Of a stretch of DNA of 64,000 nucleotides, positions 53,027 through 61,948 are shown one piece after another; the first letter of the stretch is position 1; the number at the start of each line of letters is the position of its first letter. The notes beneath the pieces are model-generated. The model saw only the letters and a list, made by a program, of their open reading frames with translations. It was not told the DNA's origin and did no database searches. The translations under genes were made by a program, and so were the position numbers. The DNA is from a virus: positions 32,001 through 96,000 of the IMG/VR virus record IMGVR_UViG_3300021963_007714; one strand, written 5' to 3'.

Positions 53027-53672
53027 AGAACTAGCAGAATACCTAGAACAGCAATTTAATAACACAGGTGATGCTATAGAAGGAAAACTTAATGAAGACT
53101 ACGATTGGGAAAATAATCTTTGGTCCAGTCCAAGATATCGTAGAGCTCACATTGAAATAGTAGACAAGCGTGATTCGCATGGAATCTACATTTTACATTC
53201 TACTATATTCCCACATTATAATGATCCTAGCCCTATTTGGGGCTTTGATGCTATATGCGGACGTAATAAAATTACAGGTGCTTTTCATGATTTTAGCGCA
53301 GCCGGGGATAGAAATCATGACATGATGTTATGGTTTGAACAGCATTCGTCACCTTTACAATGGACTAAACCTAGAACTTTACCCGACTGGGCAAAACAAA
53401 TCTTCAGTCCTTCTATGATAGCCGCGGGTAATATAAGCGATGAGCAAGAAATTGAATTACTTTGTAAGATAGCTAGGGAATCCTTAGACTATTATTTGGC
53501 TAATGTGGGATTCACCCAGACCTCTGGCGCAGATTTTCATATGGCACAAAATCGCTATTGTTACTATCAAAAACAAAATCCGCAAGTGATAAAAAGCATG
53601 GTAGCAATGGGTGTTCCTGAACCTACTATCTTAAAATTTGTAGACGAGATACTATTCCCAGAAGCCGCATAA
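53001..53672 (+). CDS. pcyX: Ferredoxin-dependent bilin reductase (PcyA/PcyX-like)
   Basis: RRAHIE, LH..IFP.....PIWGFD, AFHDFS, LPDWA..IFS, Q..YC..QKQN; follows heme oxygenase. Confidence 0.75.
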   Translation: MMEIWNKIEELAEYLEQQFNNTGDAIEGKLNEDYDWENNLWSSPRYRRAHIEIVDKRDSHGIYILHSTIFPHYNDPSPIWGFDAICGRNKITGAFHDFSAAGDRNHDMMLWFEQHSSPLQWTKPRTLPDWAKQIFSPSMIAAGNISDEQEIELLCKIARESLDYYLANVGFTQTSGADFHMAQNRYCYYQKQNPQVIKSMVAMGVPEPTILKFVDEILFPEAA

Positions 53673-53682
53673 ATATTTTATT

Positions 53683-54804
53683 ATGCGATTTAGTGAATTT
53701 TCAAAACCTTTAGAGGAAGGTGGCAAATCTAGTGGAGTTCGATATAATAGCGAAATTGCTATGTTATGTGCTCTTGCTGGAGCGGACCCTGAATCCTTCA
53801 ACCCTTCTAAACCTGAGCTTACTTTACCTGCTCAAATACTTTCCGATCCCAATGGCACATATAATTCAATTAAAAAGTTATTGGCTCCAAATTTTGATCA
53901 GGGATTGTTTCTTAGGTGGCATCAAATTGGCACAGCATATGCTGAACTTATTAATAAAAAATTGGCAGAAAACGGCCAATCAGTTGAACAATTTACATGG
54001 GCGGGTGGAAAAAATAAGGCAGATAACGCTGCCGATGTAGGATTTGAAGGCACAGATGTCGCCGGTATCAGTCTAAAAGCAGAAGGCGGTATTACTCTAG
54101 CTAATCTTACTCCTAAAGTATTAGGACTAACTCCCGAACGAGGCAATGATATTTTTTATCAATACGCCCAAGAAGAATTTAAAAAAATGAAACAAGACAT
54201 TTTTAATGATGTTCTTGCTCTAGCACAAAGTAAACCAGGAGAAGTCATTGCTCCTATTTCAGACAAATACACTATAGTTTTTGATCCAAATACACAGAAG
54301 TTTACTTGTAAAGGAAAAACAAGTTTAACAGCAGATGCTAGCACAATAATAGCATCTTCGGGTAAAAATGCCAAATGGCAACGTGTATTTGGTGATTGGT
54401 TTCAGGCTAATTGGCAATCAAAGAAAGCCTATGCTACACCTCTGTTTTCAAAGATCGCTACAGTGTTTGAATCCATAATTGAAAACACACTGAAACAAAA
54501 TGCTAGTCTTACTTCTATGCTGAGATTTTCACAACAACCATATTTTTACGCAAGTGTTAATGGATTGTATTATGTACCAAGCATAACTGAAGTAGAAGAT
54601 CTACAACTTATGGGATTGAAATACGGAGCACCAGACGGTACCAGTCAACTTTTTATAGCACAAATCGGACGTCCTGATAGTAATGAATTTGCAGAATTAG
54701 ATTTATATATAAGATATGCCAACGGTATGTTTGAAAGCAATCCCACTGTTAGGGTCCAAACCCTACGTAACCCACAATTCATCAGTTGGGAAAAACTAAA
54801 TTAA
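53683..54804 (+). CDS. Hypothetical protein, possible PD-(D/E)XK nuclease
   Basis: SE, then AADV.F......ISLK; N-terminus MRFSEFSKPLEE. Confidence 0.45.
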   Translation: MRFSEFSKPLEEGGKSSGVRYNSEIAMLCALAGADPESFNPSKPELTLPAQILSDPNGTYNSIKKLLAPNFDQGLFLRWHQIGTAYAELINKKLAENGQSVEQFTWAGGKNKADNAADVGFEGTDVAGISLKAEGGITLANLTPKVLGLTPERGNDIFYQYAQEEFKKMKQDIFNDVLALAQSKPGEVIAPISDKYTIVFDPNTQKFTCKGKTSLTADASTIIASSGKNAKWQRVFGDWFQANWQSKKAYATPLFSKIATVFESIIENTLKQNASLTSMLRFSQQPYFYASVNGLYYVPSITEVEDLQLMGLKYGAPDGTSQLFIAQIGRPDSNEFAELDLYIRYANGMFESNPTVRVQTLRNPQFISWEKLN

Positions 54805-54831
54805 ACTTTAAGTAAGTATATAAATAGTGAT

Positions 54832-55200
54832 ATGGAAATATTACTATTAATGTTTCTGCTACAGGCCAAACATTGGTACGCAGACTTTTTTATTCAAACT
54901 TACGATCAAACAGTTAAAAAGGGTCTATACGGTGATCCTGTTGGTATAAGCCATAGCCTAGATCATATGTTATGGACACTGATAGCCCTACTGTTATTCA
55001 GTTTAATTCACCCTGTTGAACTTGTAATGATTTTAACAATTAGTATATTAGAAGGGTTCGCTCACTATCATATTGATTGGTTTAAGGTAAAATATGGTAT
55101 AAAAGATATGTACAAGCCTAGATTTTGGAGAGAATTTGGCGCTGATCAAATGGCTCACCATATCTGTTACTTGTTTATTATTTGGTACTTATTACTATGA
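54832..55200 (+). CDS. DUF3307-like membrane protein
   Basis: KH..ADF..Q, H...H, HYHID..K, DQ..H. Confidence 0.75.
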   Translation: MEILLLMFLLQAKHWYADFFIQTYDQTVKKGLYGDPVGISHSLDHMLWTLIALLLFSLIHPVELVMILTISILEGFAHYHIDWFKVKYGIKDMYKPRFWREFGADQMAHHICYLFIIWYLLL

Positions 55201-56600
55201 TAATTTCAGGTGGTATGACCCTAGTAGGTGGTGTTACATACTTTGACAGTGCAGGTTATACAAGTTTTTTATATCCCCCTAGTCCGGATACCTATGTAGC
55301 ATTTAGACAAGAAATCGCCTATGCGTATGGATATTCCGGTAGTACTGCTGGCCATCTGTCTACAGCTACCCAAAATGTAGTTTATGATATAGGGACAGGT
55401 AATTTTACAATAGAAGCAAATGTTTATCTAACAACAACACCTGGCGCCGGTTCAATTCGTGGTATTTTAAACAAAGGTGCTATTGGACCTAGTGGTTGGA
55501 CATTTGGAGTTAATGATACCTTACGACTTTACATGTATGGTTCTAGTCCTACATTTGGAGGACCAACTAGCACACAGATTATAGCATTGAATAGTTGGAC
55601 ATATGTTGCCGTGGTGAGAGAAGGAACTGGTGCTAATCAAACTAAATTTTATATAAATGGATACTTAGCTGGAACTGGAACATGGGCCCACCCTATGACA
55701 AATACTGACCCTCTACGAGTGGGTACGTTCGCTGCTTCAGGTACTTATGTAAATTGGATAGGAGCAATTACAGATCTTAGATGGTCAAATTTTGCTAGAA
55801 CAATAGAAGTACAGGGATGTACTCCTAAGCCGTTTGATTCAGGAACTATACTAGTAACAGGTAATACTTCAACCCACGCATACGCACTTAGTGGTAATAC
55901 ATGGACAAATTGGCTCCTACAGAGTTCTCCTAGTCCCACTGTTAGTAGCAATCCTGTAAGCGTAGATGTTGTCACTAATCAATTAAACATTGGATTTGGT
56001 GACTATACTATTGAATGCTGGATATATAGAACAAGTGGAGGTACTATGGGAATTTACAGCCATGGACTAAATGATTTAAGCCAAGGGTATCATATCTATA
56101 TTAATGCATCTAATAGGTTAGTAGTTACCCATGATGCAATTATTGTGTCATCCGGTAGCATTGACTTAAACAATAATACTTGGTATCACATAGTTGTACA
56201 ACGTTCGGGACAAACTTCACTGAAGACATTTGTGAATGGACAGCAAGATAATTTCCAATCAGTTGGTGCTTTCTCAATAAACTTCGCCTACACATATCAG
56301 AATAGAATTGGTTATTATAAATCAGGTGGTTGGATTTCTAGTCCATTCCGAGGATATATAAGTAATTTTAGAATATCTAAAGGAACTAGATATCCAACTG
56401 GTAGCGGACAAGGATTTACTAGGCCCACTGAACCATTTAGATGGGACAGCAGTACTTTAATTCTTACTGCCAACAAACAATCATTATCTTATACATTTGA
56501 TGGGAGCCTCGATCAATATTGGACTTCTGCTGCAGCAGGTTCGACTACACCGACAACAACTATACGATCTCCGGAAGTATCAAATTTTAATCCATTTTAG
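55197..56600 (+). CDS. Tandem ConA/LamG-domain protein
   Basis: Two (F/Y)TIExxxY...WxxxxxxR...(F/Y)xNG...GxIxxxR units; start reassigned to ATG 55197 (ATGA overlap). Confidence 0.75.
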   Translation: MIISGGMTLVGGVTYFDSAGYTSFLYPPSPDTYVAFRQEIAYAYGYSGSTAGHLSTATQNVVYDIGTGNFTIEANVYLTTTPGAGSIRGILNKGAIGPSGWTFGVNDTLRLYMYGSSPTFGGPTSTQIIALNSWTYVAVVREGTGANQTKFYINGYLAGTGTWAHPMTNTDPLRVGTFAASGTYVNWIGAITDLRWSNFARTIEVQGCTPKPFDSGTILVTGNTSTHAYALSGNTWTNWLLQSSPSPTVSSNPVSVDVVTNQLNIGFGDYTIECWIYRTSGGTMGIYSHGLNDLSQGYHIYINASNRLVVTHDAIIVSSGSIDLNNNTWYHIVVQRSGQTSLKTFVNGQQDNFQSVGAFSINFAYTYQNRIGYYKSGGWISSPFRGYISNFRISKGTRYPTGSGQGFTRPTEPFRWDSSTLILTANKQSLSYTFDGSLDQYWTSAAAGSTTPTTTIRSPEVSNFNPF

Positions 56601-56629
56601 TAGATACACTTATTAAAACGTTCTGTTCC

Positions 56630-56637
56630 TATAAATA
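56630..56637 (+). promoter_or_regulatory. T4-type late promoter of curli-like operon
   Basis: TATAAATA upstream of the csgF RBS. Confidence 0.65.
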
Positions 56638-56657
56638 TATGTAACTTAGGAGCGAAT

Positions 56658-57131
56658 ATGAAGAAGATTGCGTTAGCATTGTTTTTACTACCATTGCTGG
56701 CTCATGCGGAACTGGTTCAACAATTCAAAAGTCCAAGTTTTAATGGACAAAATTGGAGCAGCCATGTTCTTACTATAGACAGTATAGAAAAAGCACGTAA
56801 AGATAATATAGAAAGTCAAAAGAAATCAGAAGAGGCTAAATTGTTAGCCGAAGCACAGAATACACCATTGGCTCGCTTTATGAGCCTATTTACCAGCCAA
56901 GTATATGCGCAATTAGCCAGCCAACTTAGCACAAATCTATTCCAAAATAAATGTCAAGGTGCAGACGGATTAGCGATTCCAGGATGTGTAAACCCTTCAA
57001 GCGGAGTGTTTAGTTTAGACGGCAATACTATTACCTGGGTAAAAACAGACAAAGATGTTACTTTAACAGTGGTTGATAAGGCAGGCACCGTGACTGTTGT
57101 TAAAGTTCCTATAGCAAGTTTTGGATTCTAA
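56658..57131 (+). CDS. csgF: Curli assembly protein CsgF-like
   Basis: Signal peptide ending AHA, then ELVQQFKSPSFNG; RF......Y.QL. Confidence 0.8.
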   Translation: MKKIALALFLLPLLAHAELVQQFKSPSFNGQNWSSHVLTIDSIEKARKDNIESQKKSEEAKLLAEAQNTPLARFMSLFTSQVYAQLASQLSTNLFQNKCQGADGLAIPGCVNPSSGVFSLDGNTITWVKTDKDVTLTVVDKAGTVTVVKVPIASFGF

Positions 57132-57132
57132 T

Positions 57133-58044
57133 ATGAAGAACACGTTAAAATTATCAATATTAGCAGCAAGTATAGCCTTAGGTGGTTGTAATGCCATGCG
57201 TCCTGTTTTAGAGGCTAAATTAGATACTCCTCCCAGAGTTAGCCAAAACATGCTGAAAGACCTAAATACCATTCCAGCACCAATGGGTCCTCCAATCACT
57301 GTAGCGGTATACAACTTTAGAGACCTAACAGGACAACGTAAGCCAAGTAATACATTGAGCCTTTTCAGTTCAGCGGTAACACAAGGTGCAGAAAGTTATC
57401 TAATTAAGACATTGGCAGAAGCAGGCAATCGTCAATGGTTTACTGTGGTAGAACGTGTGGGCTTAGATAACCTGCTTAAAGAGCGTCAAATGATCAAGCA
57501 GACTCGTGAGATCTATGATGGCGAAAAAGCCAAAATGCTACCCCCAATGACGCTGGCAGGAGTTATCATTGAGGGCGGTATTATAGATTATAATTCAAAC
57601 ACACTGACAGGTGGTACCGGAGCACGTTGGTTGGGCATAGGGCCATATACTCAATACACACAAGATTTGGTCGTAATTAGTCTAAGACTGGTCAGTGTTC
57701 AAACAGGTGAAGTATTAACCAGCGTCACTATTGAAAAGAACTTACTATCTACAGCAGAAGGTGTAACTACATTTAAATTCTTTAACACTGCCACAAGAGC
57801 CTTTGAATTAGACTCAAGTCAGACTTTTAATGAACCAGGCAACTATGCTCTGCGTTCGGCCATAGAAGCGGGTGTAATAGAACTTATTCGTCAAGGAGAA
57901 AGCCAAGGACTGTGGAAATACAAGGAGCAAGTGAAACATGACGTGGTTCCGACACCGCAGCCCAAAACTGCCCCCCAGTCTACTGAATCAGCCCCCAATC
58001 AAGGATTGGTCGATTCCAGCGGCCAGCCAATTAAAACAAACTAA
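57133..58044 (+). CDS. csgG: Curli secretion lipoprotein CsgG
   Basis: Lipobox LGGC; VAVY.F.D.TGQRKP, SAVTQGA, WF.VVER.GL.NLLKERQ, EGGII.Y; start reassigned to 57133. Confidence 0.92.
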   Translation: MKNTLKLSILAASIALGGCNAMRPVLEAKLDTPPRVSQNMLKDLNTIPAPMGPPITVAVYNFRDLTGQRKPSNTLSLFSSAVTQGAESYLIKTLAEAGNRQWFTVVERVGLDNLLKERQMIKQTREIYDGEKAKMLPPMTLAGVIIEGGIIDYNSNTLTGGTGARWLGIGPYTQYTQDLVVISLRLVSVQTGEVLTSVTIEKNLLSTAEGVTTFKFFNTATRAFELDSSQTFNEPGNYALRSAIEAGVIELIRQGESQGLWKYKEQVKHDVVPTPQPKTAPQSTESAPNQGLVDSSGQPIKTN

Positions 58045-58061
58045 ACAAGGACGGAGCGAAT

Positions 58062-58928
58062 ATGAAGAAAACATTACTAACACTGCTGATGATGGCAGCA
58101 TTTCCGGTAGCAGCACAAACCACAGTGGCAGCACCAACTCCAACAACTCCCGTTGATCCTACAGTAGGGGTCATGGCAGGCACCGCCACAGCACTGACAC
58201 AGAGTGCTACCAATCGTGTGTTCATTGATCAAGACGGTGAGCGTCCCAATGTCAGCATTACACAGACAGGCAGTGGTAATACTGCTGGCAGTGATTCAAC
58301 CTATAGCAAAATTATAACAGGTATTGTAGATAGACTAAACGCAGGCGGTGTGCGTCAATATACAGTAAACAGTGCTATATACCTACGTGGTGATGATCAT
58401 AACATTATCTTAAACCAAGTGGGCAATAATAACACCATTGCTATGAAGGCAATAAGCCCAGATGTAGCAGCACAGGGAGTAGATATTACTATTCAACAAT
58501 TAGGCAACAGTAACTTTGCTGATGTTCTATGTGGATCTGGATCAAGTTCAGCAGGAACAGCATTAACAGGCTGTAAAGATGCTACATTAAATTGGAAGTT
58601 TACAGGTAACAGCAATGCCATACAGTTTCGTGGCACAGGTGACGATCTAAACAGTCAGATCACAGTGACCAGTGGTAATAGCAATGAATTTAATATTGAC
58701 TCAGTGGGTAATAAGCACAATCAAACTATAACCGTGGCAGGTAATTTCAATGTGTTTAATATCAGTCAAACTGGCAATAGTGCTTATGGTAGCAGCATAT
58801 GGATGGATGTAAACGGAGCCAGCAATAGATTCGCTATCAGCCAAGCAGGCACACAAGATAATGTAGTTAAAATTACCACAGTGGGCAGCAGTGGAGTTTG
58901 GAATATAATTCAAAGAACAACACCATAA
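58062..58928 (+). CDS. Curlin-repeat protein (CsgA/CsgB-like)
   Basis: Signal peptide; repeated N...I.Q.G..N units. Confidence 0.75.
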   Translation: MKKTLLTLLMMAAFPVAAQTTVAAPTPTTPVDPTVGVMAGTATALTQSATNRVFIDQDGERPNVSITQTGSGNTAGSDSTYSKIITGIVDRLNAGGVRQYTVNSAIYLRGDDHNIILNQVGNNNTIAMKAISPDVAAQGVDITIQQLGNSNFADVLCGSGSSSAGTALTGCKDATLNWKFTGNSNAIQFRGTGDDLNSQITVTSGNSNEFNIDSVGNKHNQTITVAGNFNVFNISQTGNSAYGSSIWMDVNGASNRFAISQAGTQDNVVKITTVGSSGVWNIIQRTTP

Positions 58929-58937
58929 GGAGTTGTC

Positions 58938-60092
58938 GTGAGATATTTCTGTTTAAGTTTATTGTTTTGCGCCACCACGGCCTGGGCTGACATAGGGTCA
59001 GTTACAGAGGTCACAGGCAGTGGCACAATAAAACGTGGTAAAGATTCTGTGACAATAGCCAAGGGAACGGTGATTCAAACCAATGATAAGATTGAAACAA
59101 AGAATGGCAAGGTTAAAATTACTTTTAAAGACAATACTACAGTATCAGTCACGGAACACAGTAGTTTGGTTATTGATGATTTTGTTTATGATCCTAAAAA
59201 TGCTCAGGGAGGAAAACTTGGTCTAAAGGCCACTGGTGGTGCTGTGCGCTATGTTAGTGGTGCCATAGCCGGTGCCAACCCTAATGCTGTGAAAATCAAT
59301 ACACCTACTGCGGCAATTGCTGTGCGTGGCACTGACTTTGTCATGGCAGTAAACGAAGTTGGAGCATCCACTGTGATCCTCATGCCCAGTTGTGAAGATA
59401 ATGTAGGACCTAATGTTAGAGGTGCCATATGTGGTAGTGGAGCCATTGATGTAGAAAGTGGCCCTAACCTTGTAACAATGAATCGTCCCTTTCAAGCCAC
59501 TATGGTAGAAACAGCGGGCGCACCTCCTACACCCCCCATGACTATTAATATATTTGGCACACCAGTAGGAACTAATTTGTTAGTGAGCCCACCGCCTACT
59601 ATGAGTGGTGCGCCGTTGGTAGCAGCAGCAAGAGCCGCAGCGGCAGCAGCAGGTGTTCCAGGAGCGAAAAAAGATGACTCAAAGAAAGAGAGCAAAGAAG
59701 AGAGCAAAGATGGTGGTGATAACTCAGAACAAGTCGCAAGTAACCAGGCGGCAGACGCTAAAAAGGCTCAAGAAGCCCCTGCTTCAGACACTAAAACCAC
59801 AGTAGCACAAGCAGAAGTTAAAGAAGAAATTCCTGTCACTGCTGCCAAAGAAGAAACAAAGTCAGAAGATCCAGAATGGCTACGTAAGATTTATAAAGAT
59901 AAATCAGAGACCAAACAGGTAGGTTGGGCTGTAGAATCAGTTAGCCAAAATGGTCGTAATGTAGCACAGGTTTCATTACAGATGAATACTCAGGTGCAGG
60001 TCAGTGTCACACAGGACATGCTGAACGTGAGCAATAACTTCTCAAGTGGTCGTCCTCAGGGACAGATTATAATTAATCAAACATACAGATGA
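58938..60092 (+). CDS. Secreted FecR-domain protein
   Basis: Signal peptide ending AWA; D.IET..G...I.F.D.T, I.TPTA.I.VRGT.F. Confidence 0.85.
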   Translation: MRYFCLSLLFCATTAWADIGSVTEVTGSGTIKRGKDSVTIAKGTVIQTNDKIETKNGKVKITFKDNTTVSVTEHSSLVIDDFVYDPKNAQGGKLGLKATGGAVRYVSGAIAGANPNAVKINTPTAAIAVRGTDFVMAVNEVGASTVILMPSCEDNVGPNVRGAICGSGAIDVESGPNLVTMNRPFQATMVETAGAPPTPPMTINIFGTPVGTNLLVSPPPTMSGAPLVAAARAAAAAAGVPGAKKDDSKKESKEESKDGGDNSEQVASNQAADAKKAQEAPASDTKTTVAQAEVKEEIPVTAAKEETKSEDPEWLRKIYKDKSETKQVGWAVESVSQNGRNVAQVSLQMNTQVQVSVTQDMLNVSNNFSSGRPQGQIIINQTYR

Positions 60093-61930
60093 AATACGGA
60101 TATCGTTGGACTTCGGGTTTTGGCATTGTTATACTGGTGCTGTTCCTCTCCTTGGTTTATTTTTGGGCTGAACCTGCTCGTGCTGATGTCACTGATCTAC
60201 AACTACCGGTAGGTAAAGTATTCGACAGTCAATGGAATGTAGGAGCCTGCACCCAATCAAGCGGAACCTGCTCAGTAAGCGGCCTTGTATCAAGTCAACT
60301 TTACAGTCCATCAGCAGGATGGAAAAGTTTTACCTCAGGTATGACTGTGCGTTTTAGTTATAATAACGGCAGTGTAGCAGGCAATCCCATACAGTTAGAA
60401 TTATGGAACAGTAACAATACTCTTAACACTGTGATGATTCCTTATGGTAGATTCATTGCTTTTGAAAATGGTGCCAATGAAGGTCGTCAATATATGTTTG
60501 TGGATAACACCACTTGGTATGGATATTATATTAACCTACAAGCATCTACATCTACCACTAGTTCAACTTGGAATCATGGTGGCACTGCCACTACAGCACA
60601 ATATCAAGCACTAACACAGGCCATGGTCACTGCGCCACCGCCACCTGCTATGCCCACAAACAATGTAGCACAGACCAGTGGGTCAAGCCTATATCCCTAT
60701 ACCAGAGGAACCAGTAATCGTGGATTTACAATACAATGGTGGGACTGCTGTGGCAGCGGTGGTTGGAATATGTCAAATGCTACTTGGAGTCAAGGCGGCA
60801 CAGGCAGCGGCTTTTATGCTTGGGTCACAGGATATCTCCGCTGGCCAGGTGCTCAAGACGGTGTAAGTAGAACCATATGGTTTAGAACAGGTTGGGATGA
60901 CAAGCACAAATTGTTTATCAATGGCACACAGATAACCAATGGTGATTGCTGTGCCTATGCCTATGGATCATATACTGCTAAACCTGGTGAATTTGTATAT
61001 ATTCATTTTTATACAGATAACAGTGGCGGTGGACCTACCAGTTGGGAAATAGCCTGGGATCCACAGGGTGACGGCACCTATGAAGTTATAGGTGGCGAAA
61101 GCGTAGGATTAGAATCAGGTGGTGGTTCAAGTTGGTATTCAAGCACAGAGACTGCCGCACAGATCAATCAAAAAAATTCAGATCGTGCTCGATTAGCAGC
61201 ATTGGCACAGGGTAACAAATTGTATATCGCACAAAGCGGTAGTTACGCAGATGTTGATATTATACAAGAAGGTTCAACAAACTATATACAAGGACGTGGT
61301 GGAGTAGGCGATGCTCAACTCATAGGCAATTATAATACACTGAGAATAAGACAAGGTGATGGATTAGGATCAGGTAAGAACCTAATCGAGTTTGATGTCA
61401 ATGGAACAAGCAATACTGTGACACTGCTACAAGGATGGAACGGAACTTGGCCCTCTGTCAGCAAGGATGGCATTGAAAGTGGCGGACACTACAGTGACCT
61501 TAAACTGACAGGCAACAATAACACAGTGACATTTCAACAGGCCAACACAGGAGCGGCCAATTCCGGACACTATAACAGATCAGAGATCACAGGTGACACT
61601 AATACAGTGTTAGTAAGACAATTATGGGGCAACGCAGCCTATCACACTTTCTTCAGTAACATAACAGGTAATAGCAACAATGTAGATGTATTACAGGCAG
61701 GCGCAGCAGGCAAGTATATGGATCTTACCTTGACAGGAAATGGACATACTGTAGTCGCGACCCAGGATGGTGCAGGTAGTCATAGAGCCACTATTAACCT
61801 AAGTAGAGTGCTGGGGTCATCCACATTAAATCTTACGCAGCAAGGGACAGTGGCACAACAATATAACATTACACAGGCCTGCGCTAATCTAAGTGGTTGC
61901 TCAGTGACAGTAACACAGGGCACACCATAA
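60089..61930 (+). CDS. Secreted PA14-like domain + curlin-repeat protein
   Basis: Signal peptide ending ARA; central TGYL..P...WDD...LFING (PA14-like); C-terminal N...I/V.Q.G..N repeats. Confidence 0.7.
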   Translation: MKYGYRWTSGFGIVILVLFLSLVYFWAEPARADVTDLQLPVGKVFDSQWNVGACTQSSGTCSVSGLVSSQLYSPSAGWKSFTSGMTVRFSYNNGSVAGNPIQLELWNSNNTLNTVMIPYGRFIAFENGANEGRQYMFVDNTTWYGYYINLQASTSTTSSTWNHGGTATTAQYQALTQAMVTAPPPPAMPTNNVAQTSGSSLYPYTRGTSNRGFTIQWWDCCGSGGWNMSNATWSQGGTGSGFYAWVTGYLRWPGAQDGVSRTIWFRTGWDDKHKLFINGTQITNGDCCAYAYGSYTAKPGEFVYIHFYTDNSGGGPTSWEIAWDPQGDGTYEVIGGESVGLESGGGSSWYSSTETAAQINQKNSDRARLAALAQGNKLYIAQSGSYADVDIIQEGSTNYIQGRGGVGDAQLIGNYNTLRIRQGDGLGSGKNLIEFDVNGTSNTVTLLQGWNGTWPSVSKDGIESGGHYSDLKLTGNNNTVTFQQANTGAANSGHYNRSEITGDTNTVLVRQLWGNAAYHTFFSNITGNSNNVDVLQAGAAGKYMDLTLTGNGHTVVATQDGAGSHRATINLSRVLGSSTLNLTQQGTVAQQYNITQACANLSGCSVTVTQGTP

Positions 61931-61948
61931 ACTATATATAAATAGAAG

